Under the pieces are notes generated by a model. That model was given only the letters and a program-made list of their open reading frames with translations. It was not told the origin of the DNA and did not search any database. Below, one piece after another: positions 40,093 through 48,484 of a DNA stretch of 64,000 bases. Positions within the stretch are counted from its first letter, which is position 1, and every line of letters begins with the position of its first letter. The stretch covers positions 18,576 to 82,575 of the forward strand of contig NZ_DATJJF010000094.1 in assembly GCF_035492435.1 (NCBI RefSeq), in the 5' to 3' direction. This stretch comes from Trinickia sp. Lineage in GTDB: Bacteria > Pseudomonadota > Gammaproteobacteria > Burkholderiales > Burkholderiaceae. The translations under genes and the position numbers were made by a program.

Positions 40093-40120
40093 AAATGGGG
40101 TCACCCATGACGGTTTCAAG
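40093..40120 (-). promoter_or_regulatory. Consensus sigma-32 (RpoH) heat-shock promoter for grpE
   Basis: The minus strand reads CCCCCTTGAAA-CCGTCATGGGTGA-CCCCATTT, i.e. CTTGAA-N14-CCCCATTT. Both hexamer regions match the E. coli-type sigma-32 consensus. It lies about 80-105 nt upstream of the grpE ATG. Confidence 0.8.
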
Positions 40121-40487
40121 GGGGCCTATCCCGCGTTTTTTGCACCGACTGCGGGCATGGGAAACGAACGGTAACACGGGTTACGGTGAAGGTACCCGAT
40201 TGGCATTGAGCGCTATTATCGCTTGCCCTAAACTGGGCTCACCGGCTCAGCAACATTCGGCCCGATACGTTGACAGTAGCCAAGAACGCGGCAACCGCCG
40301 TTTTCGCGTCGTGCTTGTCCGTATCGCCGTCCTCCGTAGGGGAGTACAGTGAAACTCACCTTTGCAATCGCGGTGGTCGCGCTGGTACTCGTCGCGGGGA
40401 CCACGACCATCTGCCTATCTGGCGCTGTGAGTGATACGACTACCGAATATGGCGTCGTGCGCGCCACATTCGAGCAGTTGCAGTTGT

Positions 40488-40898
40488 CTACTCCCCACCG
40501 CCTGAAAATTTGTCAATGACGCGCCTGTCGCGCTTGGTCGGCCTGCCCTGCAGCGTAGCCGCAGGCTCCCGGAACGTCTTGCGCCGCTCTGCTTCGACGG
40601 CCCGCCTAGCTTGGCTTTCGGGCGTCTCGGCGTAAAGCGTCTGCGCAACGGCGGCCGGGCCGCGCACGTCGCACGTGCCCAACACCCTGACTTCCCAGTA
40701 CATGCGGTCGATCTCAATTTCGACGAGATCGCCCACGCGCACCTCCTTCGCTGGCTTGACGGTTGCTTTGTCGATTCGCACGCGGCCTTTTTCCACCGCA
40801 TCAGCGGCAAGCGAGCGAGTCTTGAAAAAACGAGCAGCCCAGAGCCATTTGTCGATGCGCAAGCGCGCACCGGGTTCGGTCGAAATCTTGTAGTTCAT
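40488..40898 (-). CDS. hslR: Heat shock protein 15 (HslR), S4-domain ribosome-associated RNA-binding protein
   Basis: 136 aa. Contains LRIDKWLWAARFFKTRSLAADAVEKGRVRI and a basic C-terminal tail. Confidence 0.88.
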   Translation of the reverse strand: MNYKISTEPGARLRIDKWLWAARFFKTRSLAADAVEKGRVRIDKATVKPAKEVRVGDLVEIEIDRMYWEVRVLGTCDVRGPAAVAQTLYAETPESQARRAVEAERRKTFREPAATLQGRPTKRDRRVIDKFSGGGE

Positions 40899-40962
40899 CG
40901 TAAAACGGATTCCGGTTCAAAACCCCGGGGACTTCCTTCGGGCCGCCCCCAGCCTCCGACGC

Positions 40963-42030
40963 TCATACCGCCACACCGGGCGCTGTATGCTTGTGTGCGG
41001 GCCATCCCTGCAAATGCTGCATGACAATTTCAGCCAAGGCGGCGATCCATGCCGGCGATGCGTTCAAACACGCAATGCGTTGAAACTCCTTACCGCCCGC
41101 ATGCAGAAACTCATCGCGTACTTCGAGGCCGATCTCTTCAATCGTCTCGATGCAATCGGCTGTGAAGCCCGGACAGAATACATCCGCGCGACGCACGCCA
41201 GCCGCACCGAGCTCGCGCAAGGTCGGCGCCGTGTACGGCTGCAGCCACTCAGCCCGCCCGAACCGCGACTGAAATGTCACCAGGCACTGCGCCGGGCCAA
41301 GCGCGAGCTCGGCCATCAGCAGCGCGGCGGTCTGCCGGCACTGATCGTGGTAAGGATCACCGAGATCCAGCGTGCGCTTCGGTACGCCGTGGAAGCTCAA
41401 GACGAGCTTGTCGCCGCCGCCGAAATCGGGGCGGCCGTGCGCCGCCCAATGCTGCCGTACCTGCTCGGCCAGTGCGCGGATATACAACGGATGGTCTGCG
41501 TAGTGCCGCACAGTGCGGACTTCCGGCTGGTTTCGCATCCGGCCAAGGGCGACAAACGCAGCATCGAAGGCCGTGGCCGTCGTCGAGGAAGAGTATTGCG
41601 GGTACATCGGCATCAGCAAGATGCGCTCGGCGCCCGCAAGCTTCAACTGGCTCAACATCGCGCCGATGCTCGGCGTGCCATAGCGCATCGCGTACTCGAC
41701 AATGAGCGGATAACCGTTCTCATGCAGCATGGCACGCAGGGCTTCCGTCTGTTTCTCTGTGTGAACGCGCAGCGGCGAGCCTTCCGGCATCCAGATGGAC
41801 GCGTACTTTTTCGCCGATTCGCGGCTGCGCGTCGGAAGAATCAGCCCCTGCAAAATGGGCTGCCAGACGAGCGCCGGAATTTCGACGACACGCGGATCGG
41901 ACAGGAATTCCGCGAGATAACGGCGCACCGCACGCGGCGTGGGTGAATCGGGTGTGCCTAGGTTGATCAACAGCACTGCGATGCGGTGCGAGACGGCAGG
42001 CTGCGACGGCGGTTCGAGATCAAAACGCAT
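40963..42030 (-). CDS. hemH: Ferrochelatase
   Basis: 355 aa. Contains [38 protein letters not shown] and SRFG...WLQPYT. Confidence 0.95.
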   Translation of the reverse strand: MRFDLEPPSQPAVSHRIAVLLINLGTPDSPTPRAVRRYLAEFLSDPRVVEIPALVWQPILQGLILPTRSRESAKKYASIWMPEGSPLRVHTEKQTEALRAMLHENGYPLIVEYAMRYGTPSIGAMLSQLKLAGAERILLMPMYPQYSSSTTATAFDAAFVALGRMRNQPEVRTVRHYADHPLYIRALAEQVRQHWAAHGRPDFGGGDKLVLSFHGVPKRTLDLGDPYHDQCRQTAALLMAELALGPAQCLVTFQSRFGRAEWLQPYTAPTLRELGAAGVRRADVFCPGFTADCIETIEEIGLEVRDEFLHAGGKEFQRIACLNASPAWIAALAEIVMQHLQGWPAHKHTAPGVAV

Positions 42031-42204
42031 GAGCGATGATTAGGGCCGGAAGTGCCGATCGGCCTCAGTTCAAGTGAAAGCCATTATAGCGACGCGGCCG
42101 AATCGGGGCGTTGGCCATTCAGCCAATGGCAATGCCTCGCAGCGGCAGGCATCATGCGAACGGCTGCATCGCGCCTTGCACGAACGTTGCGGCAGCACGC
42201 CTGG

Positions 42205-43224
42205 TTATTGCTGACTGAGCGCGGTGGACAAGAGACGCGCGGTGATATCGACGATCGGAATGACGCGGCTATAGGCCATGCGTGTGGGACCGATCACCCC
42301 GAGTGTGCCGACGATCGTGCCGTTGACTTCATAGGGGGCCGTGACCACGCTCATCTGCTCGATCGGCACCAGATGCGATTCGCCGCCAATGAAGATTTGC
42401 ACGCCTTGAGCGTGGCTTGAGACATCCAGCAATTGCAGGAGGCTAGTCTTTTGGTCGAATACGTCGAAAAGCCTGCGCAGCCGGGCCATATCGGACGACA
42501 GATCCGCCACCTCAAGCAAGTTGCGCTCGCCCGAAATCAGCACCGTCTCGCCCATTTCGGTTTCGTCAGTGCTCGCCGCCACCGCCGCCTGCATCAGCGC
42601 GGTCATGTCGCCGCGCAGCTGGTCGATTTCGTCGCGCAACCGACGGCGAACATCGTCGAAGGAAAGTCCACCGAAATGCGCATTGATGTAGTTAGACGCC
42701 TCGATGAGCTGCGACGGAGTGTAGTCGCGCTGCGTCGCCATGATGCGATTTTGCACGTCGCCTTCGGGCGTCACGATGATGAGCAAAATGCGCTTGGCGG
42801 ACAAGCGCATGAACTCGATCTGCTTGAAGATGTGGCTGCGGCGCGGCGTCAGCACCACGCCCGCGAACTGGGACAGGCTCGAAAGCACGCCTGCCGCCGC
42901 GGCAACCAGCTTTTGTGGCTCACCGGGCTGAAGCGTCCGCTCCACGGCACGGGTGACGGCCTCTTCGTCGGCGACGGATTCGACACTCAGCAACGTATCC
43001 ACGAAAAGGCGGTAGCCGCGCGGCGTCGGCACCCTGCCCGCCGAAGTATGCGGGCTCGCCACCAGTCCGAGCTCTTCGAGGTCCGACATCACGTTGCGAA
43101 TCGTGGCCGGGCTCAGCTCGAGGCCCGAATACCGCGACAGCGTGCGCGAGCCGACCGGCTGACCTTCCGCGATGTATCGCTCGATCAGAGTTTTCAGAAG
43201 AGTCTGTGCGCGTTGTTCTAACAT
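42205..43224 (-). CDS. hrcA: Heat-inducible transcriptional repressor HrcA
   Basis: 339 aa. Contains [47 protein letters not shown] and HTSAGRVPT. Confidence 0.95.
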   Translation of the reverse strand: MLEQRAQTLLKTLIERYIAEGQPVGSRTLSRYSGLELSPATIRNVMSDLEELGLVASPHTSAGRVPTPRGYRLFVDTLLSVESVADEEAVTRAVERTLQPGEPQKLVAAAAGVLSSLSQFAGVVLTPRRSHIFKQIEFMRLSAKRILLIIVTPEGDVQNRIMATQRDYTPSQLIEASNYINAHFGGLSFDDVRRRLRDEIDQLRGDMTALMQAAVAASTDETEMGETVLISGERNLLEVADLSSDMARLRRLFDVFDQKTSLLQLLDVSSHAQGVQIFIGGESHLVPIEQMSVVTAPYEVNGTIVGTLGVIGPTRMAYSRVIPIVDITARLLSTALSQQ

Positions 43225-43498
43225 GACGCAGAAATTTTAGCCGAACGCCGATAGCCCCGCGGCAGCACTCCCGCGCGCACCGGCTGCATCCGTTCCGGCG
43301 GTGAGCCGCCGCGATCGGCGTCGTGCACCGCGGCTCTACGCCGGAGGACGACTCGTCATCGGCACGTCGTCATTCTAGCGACAAATCAGCCCGGGCGGGC
43401 CAGCTTGTAAAGAGCCGCTCGTGGGCGGCTCGCGTGGGAGCCCGGGTAGGCGTCGAGTCACGGTTCTTTTCGAACCGCACCTATGGTGTAATGCCGGC

Positions 43499-44419
43499 AT
43501 GGAAATTGGCAGCCAATTCAAGACGGTTGCGCTCATCGGGCGCAACAACACCCCCGGCATCGGTGAGCCGCTGACGGCGCTCGCCTCGTGCATTGCCAAG
43601 CGCGGCTTCGAGGTTATCTTCGAGGCGCAAACGGCGCGCGAGATCGGCGTCACGGACTATCCTGCGATGACGCCCTCCGACATCGGCGCACGCGCCGATG
43701 TCGCGGTCGTGCTCGGCGGCGACGGCACGATGCTCGGCATCGGCCGGCAGCTCGCACCGTACCGTACGCCGCTCATCGGCGTGAACCAGGGGCGGCTTGG
43801 CTTCATCACCGACATTCCGATCGCGGAGATGCAGCAGCGGATACCCGAAATGCTGGCGGGCAGCTATGAGCGCGAGGAGCGCATGCTGCTCGAGTCGCGC
43901 ATCGTCCGCGATGGCGAGCCGATTTACCACGCACTTGCGTTCAACGATGTCGTCGTGAATCGCAGCGGCTATTCGGGAATGGCCGAGCTGCGCGTCTGCG
44001 TTGACGGGCGCTTCATGTACAACCAGCGCTCCGACGGTCTCATCGTTGCCACGCCGACGGGCTCGACGGCCTACGCGCTGTCCTCCCAGGGCCCCATCCT
44101 GCATCCGCAATTGCAGGGCATTGTGCTCGTGCCGATCGCGCCGCATGCGCTCTCGAACCGTCCCATCGTGCTGCCGGATGATCGCAACGTCAGCATTCAG
44201 ATCATCGGCGGGCGCATGATCAACGTGAACTTCGACATGCAGTCGTTCACCGCGCTTCAGCTCAACGATACGATCGAGGTGCGCCGCTCACGCCATACCG
44301 TGCCGTTTCTGCATCCGATCGGCTATAGCTATTACGCCACCCTGCGGCAAAAGCTTCATTGGAACGAGCACCCGGCAAACGTCGGCCAAGATGAAGATGG
44401 CGATGACGAATCGCTGTAG
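43499..44419 (+). CDS. nadK: NAD kinase
   Basis: Track ORF trimmed to the ATG at 43499 ([14 protein letters not shown]...). Contains [21 protein letters not shown] and [12 protein letters not shown]. Confidence 0.92.
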   Translation: MEIGSQFKTVALIGRNNTPGIGEPLTALASCIAKRGFEVIFEAQTAREIGVTDYPAMTPSDIGARADVAVVLGGDGTMLGIGRQLAPYRTPLIGVNQGRLGFITDIPIAEMQQRIPEMLAGSYEREERMLLESRIVRDGEPIYHALAFNDVVVNRSGYSGMAELRVCVDGRFMYNQRSDGLIVATPTGSTAYALSSQGPILHPQLQGIVLVPIAPHALSNRPIVLPDDRNVSIQIIGGRMINVNFDMQSFTALQLNDTIEVRRSRHTVPFLHPIGYSYYATLRQKLHWNEHPANVGQDEDGDDESL

Positions 44420-44531
44420 CCTGACGAGCTGCCGCCCGGCTCGGGCGTGCGGCTTGCCCGCGCAAAACCGCTTCTGTCCAGTCAGCCGGCCTTGCATGGC
44501 CGCCCCTAGAACCTGACGTTAAAACGCTCCC

Positions 44532-46202
44532 ATGCTCCGCCACCTTTCGATACGCGACTTCGTCATCGTCGCCGCGCTCGACCTCGAATTCGATCGCGGC
44601 TTCACGGTTTTCTCGGGTGAAACCGGCGCCGGCAAGTCGATCCTGATCGACGCCCTGGCGCTCACGCTCGGTGCACGCGCCGATGCCGACGTCGTGCGCA
44701 CGGGCGCGAGCCGCGCCGACATTACGGCCGAATTTTCGGTGAGCGCTGAGCTCGCGCGCTGGCTCGACGAGCAAGCGCTGACAACCGGCGAGCCAGACGG
44801 CGGCGAAGCGAGTACCGTGCTGCTTCGCCGCGTCGTCGATGCAGGCGGCCGCTCGCGCGCGTTCATCAACGGGACCGCGGCGACGCTCGCTCAGCTGCGC
44901 GAAGTCGGCGAAATGCTCGTCGACATTCACGGCCAGCACGCGCACCAGTTGCTGATGCGACCCGATGCCCAACGTGCGCTCTTTGACGCCCACGCGGGCC
45001 TCGTGGCCGCTGCGGCCAACGTCGCGCGTGCGCACCGCACTTGGCGTGATGCCACCCAGGCGCTCGAGCTTGCCAAAGCGCGCGATCGCGAAATCCAGCT
45101 CGAACGGGAACGCCTTGTCTGGCAGCTCGCCGAGCTGGACAAGCTTGCGCCGCAGCCTGGCGAATGGGAAGAAGTCAGCACCGAGCACCGTCGGCTCGCG
45201 CATTCAGCCAATCTGATCGAAGGCGTACGCGGTGCGCTCGACGCGCTCGCCGAAGCCGACGATGCGATCCTCGGCCAGTTGGGCGCGATCGCATCCAAGG
45301 TTCGCGACCTCGCAGAGATCGACCCGGCGCTCGGCGACGCGCTGGCTTCGATCGAACCGGCCGAAATCCAGTTGCGCGAGGCGGCCTACTCGCTGACGCA
45401 TTATGCGCAACGGCTTGAACTCGACCCGGATCGCTTGAGCGAAGTCGAAACGCGCCTGGACGCCCTGCATTCGCTGGCCCGCAAGTTCCGGCTGCAACCC
45501 GAAACGCTGCCGGCTGAGCACGAAGCGCGGCGCACGCAGCTCGCTGCGCTCGACGCCGCGGCCGACCTCGACAAGCTGGCCGCCACAGTCAGTGCCGCCC
45601 ACGAAGCCTATCTACTCGAGGCGAAACAGCTCTCAAAAGGACGCGCGAAGGCGGCCAAGGCGCTCGGCACCGCCGTCACGGCCGGCATGCAAGAGTTGTC
45701 GATGGCGGGCGGCAGCTTCGAGGTGGCGCTCGTGCCGCTTGCCGAAGGCGGTGCGCACGGGCTCGAACAGGTCGAGTTCCGCGTCGCCGGGCACGCCGGC
45801 GTACCGACAAAGCCGCTCGCCAAAGTAGCCTCGGGGGGTGAGCTCGCGCGAATCAGCTTGGCGCTCGCCGTTATCGCGAGCACAGCCAGCCTGACCCCGA
45901 CACTGATCTTCGACGAGGTCGACACGGGGATTGGCGGGGGCGTCGCCGAGGTCGTCGGCCGGCTGTTGCATCAGCTCGGGCGCGACCGGCAGGTGCTCTG
46001 CGTCACGCACCTGCCCCAGGTTGCCGCGCGCGGCGATCACCACTTCCAGGTGGCGAAGACGAGCGCAGCCGACGGCAGCACGCTGTCCGCTGTCACCGCG
46101 CTCAATCAAGTGAACCGCGTGGAGGAGGTGGCGCGCATGCTCGGCGGGCTCGAGATTACGGCCACCACGCGCCGCCATGCGAAGGAGATGCTGGCCGCAT
46201 AG
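44532..46202 (+). CDS. recN: DNA repair protein RecN
   Basis: 556 aa. Contains MLRHLSIRDFVIV, FSGETGAGKSI (Walker A), a long coiled coil, ASGGELARISLA (signature) and LIFDEVDTGIGG. Confidence 0.95.
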   Translation: MLRHLSIRDFVIVAALDLEFDRGFTVFSGETGAGKSILIDALALTLGARADADVVRTGASRADITAEFSVSAELARWLDEQALTTGEPDGGEASTVLLRRVVDAGGRSRAFINGTAATLAQLREVGEMLVDIHGQHAHQLLMRPDAQRALFDAHAGLVAAAANVARAHRTWRDATQALELAKARDREIQLERERLVWQLAELDKLAPQPGEWEEVSTEHRRLAHSANLIEGVRGALDALAEADDAILGQLGAIASKVRDLAEIDPALGDALASIEPAEIQLREAAYSLTHYAQRLELDPDRLSEVETRLDALHSLARKFRLQPETLPAEHEARRTQLAALDAAADLDKLAATVSAAHEAYLLEAKQLSKGRAKAAKALGTAVTAGMQELSMAGGSFEVALVPLAEGGAHGLEQVEFRVAGHAGVPTKPLAKVASGGELARISLALAVIASTASLTPTLIFDEVDTGIGGGVAEVVGRLLHQLGRDRQVLCVTHLPQVAARGDHHFQVAKTSAADGSTLSAVTALNQVNRVEEVARMLGGLEITATTRRHAKEMLAA

Positions 46203-46206
46203 CGGA

Positions 46207-46230
46207 CGCTAGGACTGATCAGTCCTAGCG
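46207..46230. terminator. 24-bp perfect palindrome immediately after recN (terminator-like stem, no T-run)
   Basis: CGCTAGGACTGA|TCAGTCCTAGCG begins 5 nt after the recN stop. Confidence 0.45.
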
Positions 46231-46774
46231 GAGCCCGGATCAGCCCAAAATCCGGCCCATAAACACTAGCGTTCCCGGCTAAGCTCGCAAGAACGATCAA
46301 GGCCTCTTTCCGCGAAACGCAAAAGGGTACGCTTCCGGTTGCCATCAACCCGGCTGGCAATCCGACAGCACATCTTCGTGCTCACCGGCGGCACCGGCCG
46401 GTGACTCCTTTCGCACACCTCCATGAGCAAGCCAGATAGGGCGCTCGAGCGCCGCTATGGCCTGCCCTATCTCGCAGCACTCGCCCCTTCACCACGCACA
46501 ACGTCGCGCGCGTTTCGGCACAGTTCCCAAGCCGCCTTGACGCGACCGGTCACCGGGCATTTCTTCAATTTCATTAGCGCTTGGGCATCCGCTTAACCTG
46601 GACAGCATTCGGGACCGAACAACTCTCTGCGACCGCGAGGTTGTTGACGGCGAAACCAATCATGAAAAAAATCTATAGGACTCTTGAAAGGTTAAAAAAA
46701 AATTAATTGAATAGACCAACTTGTTTTAGCGTGGCACGCCCATGGTGGCACCTCTTCTGTGGAGAACTTGATTC

Positions 46775-47440
46775 ATGAACAACAAGCACCAGAAGTCGGA
46801 CAGAAGCGAAGATGACGCTGTGCCGGCGCTCGAAGGGCTGACACGTCGATCGTTCCTGTCGCGCGTCGGTGCGACAGGTGTCGCGATCGGAGCAGGACAA
46901 CTTCCTTCTCTCGCGCACGCAGAGTCCGACAACACGAACCAAGGCGATACGCCTACCGACGTCGCTACGGATGGTGCCAAGGTGCACGTCCGATTGAACG
47001 TCAACAAGACGAATTACGAGCTGGATATCGATCCTCGCACGACGTTGCTCGATTGCCTGCGCGAGCATTTGCAGCTGACGGGCACGAAGAAAGGCTGCGA
47101 CCACGGTCAGTGCGGCGCTTGTACCGTTCATGTCGACGGAAAACGCGTGAATTCGTGCCTGAGTCTTGCCGCCACCCATGAGGGCGAAGCGATCACGACA
47201 ATCGAAGGCATCGGGCAACCGGGCGCCCTGCATCCGATGCAGGCAGCCTTCCTCGAACATGACGGTTTTCAGTGCGGATACTGCACGTCGGGCCAAATCA
47301 TGTCTGCCGTTGCACTGCTCAACGAGCCCTACGGTCATAGCGACGAGGAAGTCAAGGAAGCCATGAGCGGCAATATCTGCCGTTGCGGTGCGTACTCGAA
47401 CATCGTCTCCGCGATCCAGCAAGTTCGTCGGAAAGACTAA
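46775..47440 (+). CDS. paoA: Periplasmic aldehyde oxidoreductase [2Fe-2S] subunit (PaoA-like) with a Tat signal
   Basis: 221 aa. Tat motif TRRSFLSRVGATGVAIGAG...AHA. Two 2Fe-2S cysteine clusters are present (CDHGQCGACTV; CGYCTSGQI...CRCGAY). GGAGA lies upstream. Confidence 0.85.
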   Translation: MNNKHQKSDRSEDDAVPALEGLTRRSFLSRVGATGVAIGAGQLPSLAHAESDNTNQGDTPTDVATDGAKVHVRLNVNKTNYELDIDPRTTLLDCLREHLQLTGTKKGCDHGQCGACTVHVDGKRVNSCLSLAATHEGEAITTIEGIGQPGALHPMQAAFLEHDGFQCGYCTSGQIMSAVALLNEPYGHSDEEVKEAMSGNICRCGAYSNIVSAIQQVRRKD

Positions 47441-47453
47441 GCGGAGCGTACGA

Positions 47454-48458
47454 ATGGAAACCTTTCAACTCAAGCGCGCCTCTGACGTCAATCAGGCTCT
47501 CGATCTCGCGAAGACTGCCGCCGGCGGGCAAAATGGCTCGTCGGTACGTTTCCTGGCGGGCGGCACGACGCTGCTCGACTTAATGAAGCTTGGCGTAGAG
47601 CAGCCGGCGCAGGTGATCGACATCCATCGCCTGCCGCTCGCCGAGGTCGAGAAAATCGCCACGGGCGGTGTCAAGATCGGCGCTACCGTACGGAATTCGG
47701 ACCTGGCGAATCATCCGCTGATCAAGACGCACTACCCCGTTCTGAGCGAGGCATTGCTTTCCGGCGCATCGGCCCAGTTGCGAAACATGGCGACGACAGG
47801 CGGCAACCTCTTGCAGCGTACCCGCTGCGTGTACTTTCGCGATCCCGAAACGCCATGCAACAAGCGTGAGCCCGGCAGCGGTTGTTCAGCGATCGACGGG
47901 TTCAATCGAAACCTCGCCATTCTCGGAACCAGCGACCACTGCATCGCCACCAATCCTTCCGACATGAGCGTTGCGATGACTGCGCTCGAGGCCACGATTC
48001 ATACCGTCGGTGAGCAGGGAACGCGAAGCATTGCAATCGATGACTTTTTCCTTTTGCCGGGAAGCACGCCTGAACGTGAAACCACGCTCAACCCTGGTGA
48101 ATTGATCACTCACGTGACGCTCCCCGCGCCTGTCCCCCGCGCTCGTAGCACCTATCTGAAACTCCGCGACCGCGCGTCGTACGAATTTGCGTTGGCTTCA
48201 GCCGCGGTTGTCGTGGCGGTGAGCGCGGGCAGGATCGATTACATCCGCATCGCGATGGGCGGCGTCGGTGTCAAACCGTGGCGCGCGAAAGAGGCAGAAG
48301 CCGTGTTGCAAGGCCGCACGCCTGACGCCGCAGCGTTCCAAGCAGCGGCCGAGGCGGCGCTCCAGTCAGCGCGTCCGCAAAGCCAGAACGGCTACAAGGT
48401 CGAACTCGCGAAACGCTGCATCCAGCACGCACTCAAGCTTGCCACACAGAACGCGTGA
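47454..48458 (+). CDS. paoB: Aldehyde oxidoreductase FAD-binding subunit (PaoB/CoxM-like)
   Basis: Track ORF trimmed to the ATG at 47454 (METFQLKRAS...). Contains FLAGGTTLLDLMK (FAD-binding 5 domain), NMATTGGNL and the Cys-rich CVYFRDPETPCNKREPGSGC (PaoB-type 4Fe-4S region). Confidence 0.82.
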   Translation: METFQLKRASDVNQALDLAKTAAGGQNGSSVRFLAGGTTLLDLMKLGVEQPAQVIDIHRLPLAEVEKIATGGVKIGATVRNSDLANHPLIKTHYPVLSEALLSGASAQLRNMATTGGNLLQRTRCVYFRDPETPCNKREPGSGCSAIDGFNRNLAILGTSDHCIATNPSDMSVAMTALEATIHTVGEQGTRSIAIDDFFLLPGSTPERETTLNPGELITHVTLPAPVPRARSTYLKLRDRASYEFALASAAVVVAVSAGRIDYIRIAMGGVGVKPWRAKEAEAVLQGRTPDAAAFQAAAEAALQSARPQSQNGYKVELAKRCIQHALKLATQNA

Positions 48459-48484
48459 CGCAGCGGTCGTGACGCGGAGGAAAT

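Noticed and set aside
43225-43498. Search for a CIRCE operator (TTAGCACTC-N9-GAGTGCTAA) near hrcA, grpE, dnaK and dnaJ.
   Set aside because: I could not find a match, or a near match with both arms, by eye in this spacer or in 36635..36870, 38830..39430 and 40016..40487.
44420-44531. LexA/SOS box (CTGT-N8-ACAG) upstream of recN.
   Set aside because: The only candidate, CTGTCCAGTCAGCCGG, lacks the ACAG arm. No SOS box is claimed. The operator may differ in this lineage or lie within nadK.
46731-46751. TGGCAC motifs upstream of paoA as a sigma-54 promoter.
   Set aside because: Neither copy is followed by a GC dinucleotide at the -12 spacing (TGGCACG-CCCA-TGGT and TGGCACC-TCTT-CTGT). Reported only as a direct repeat.
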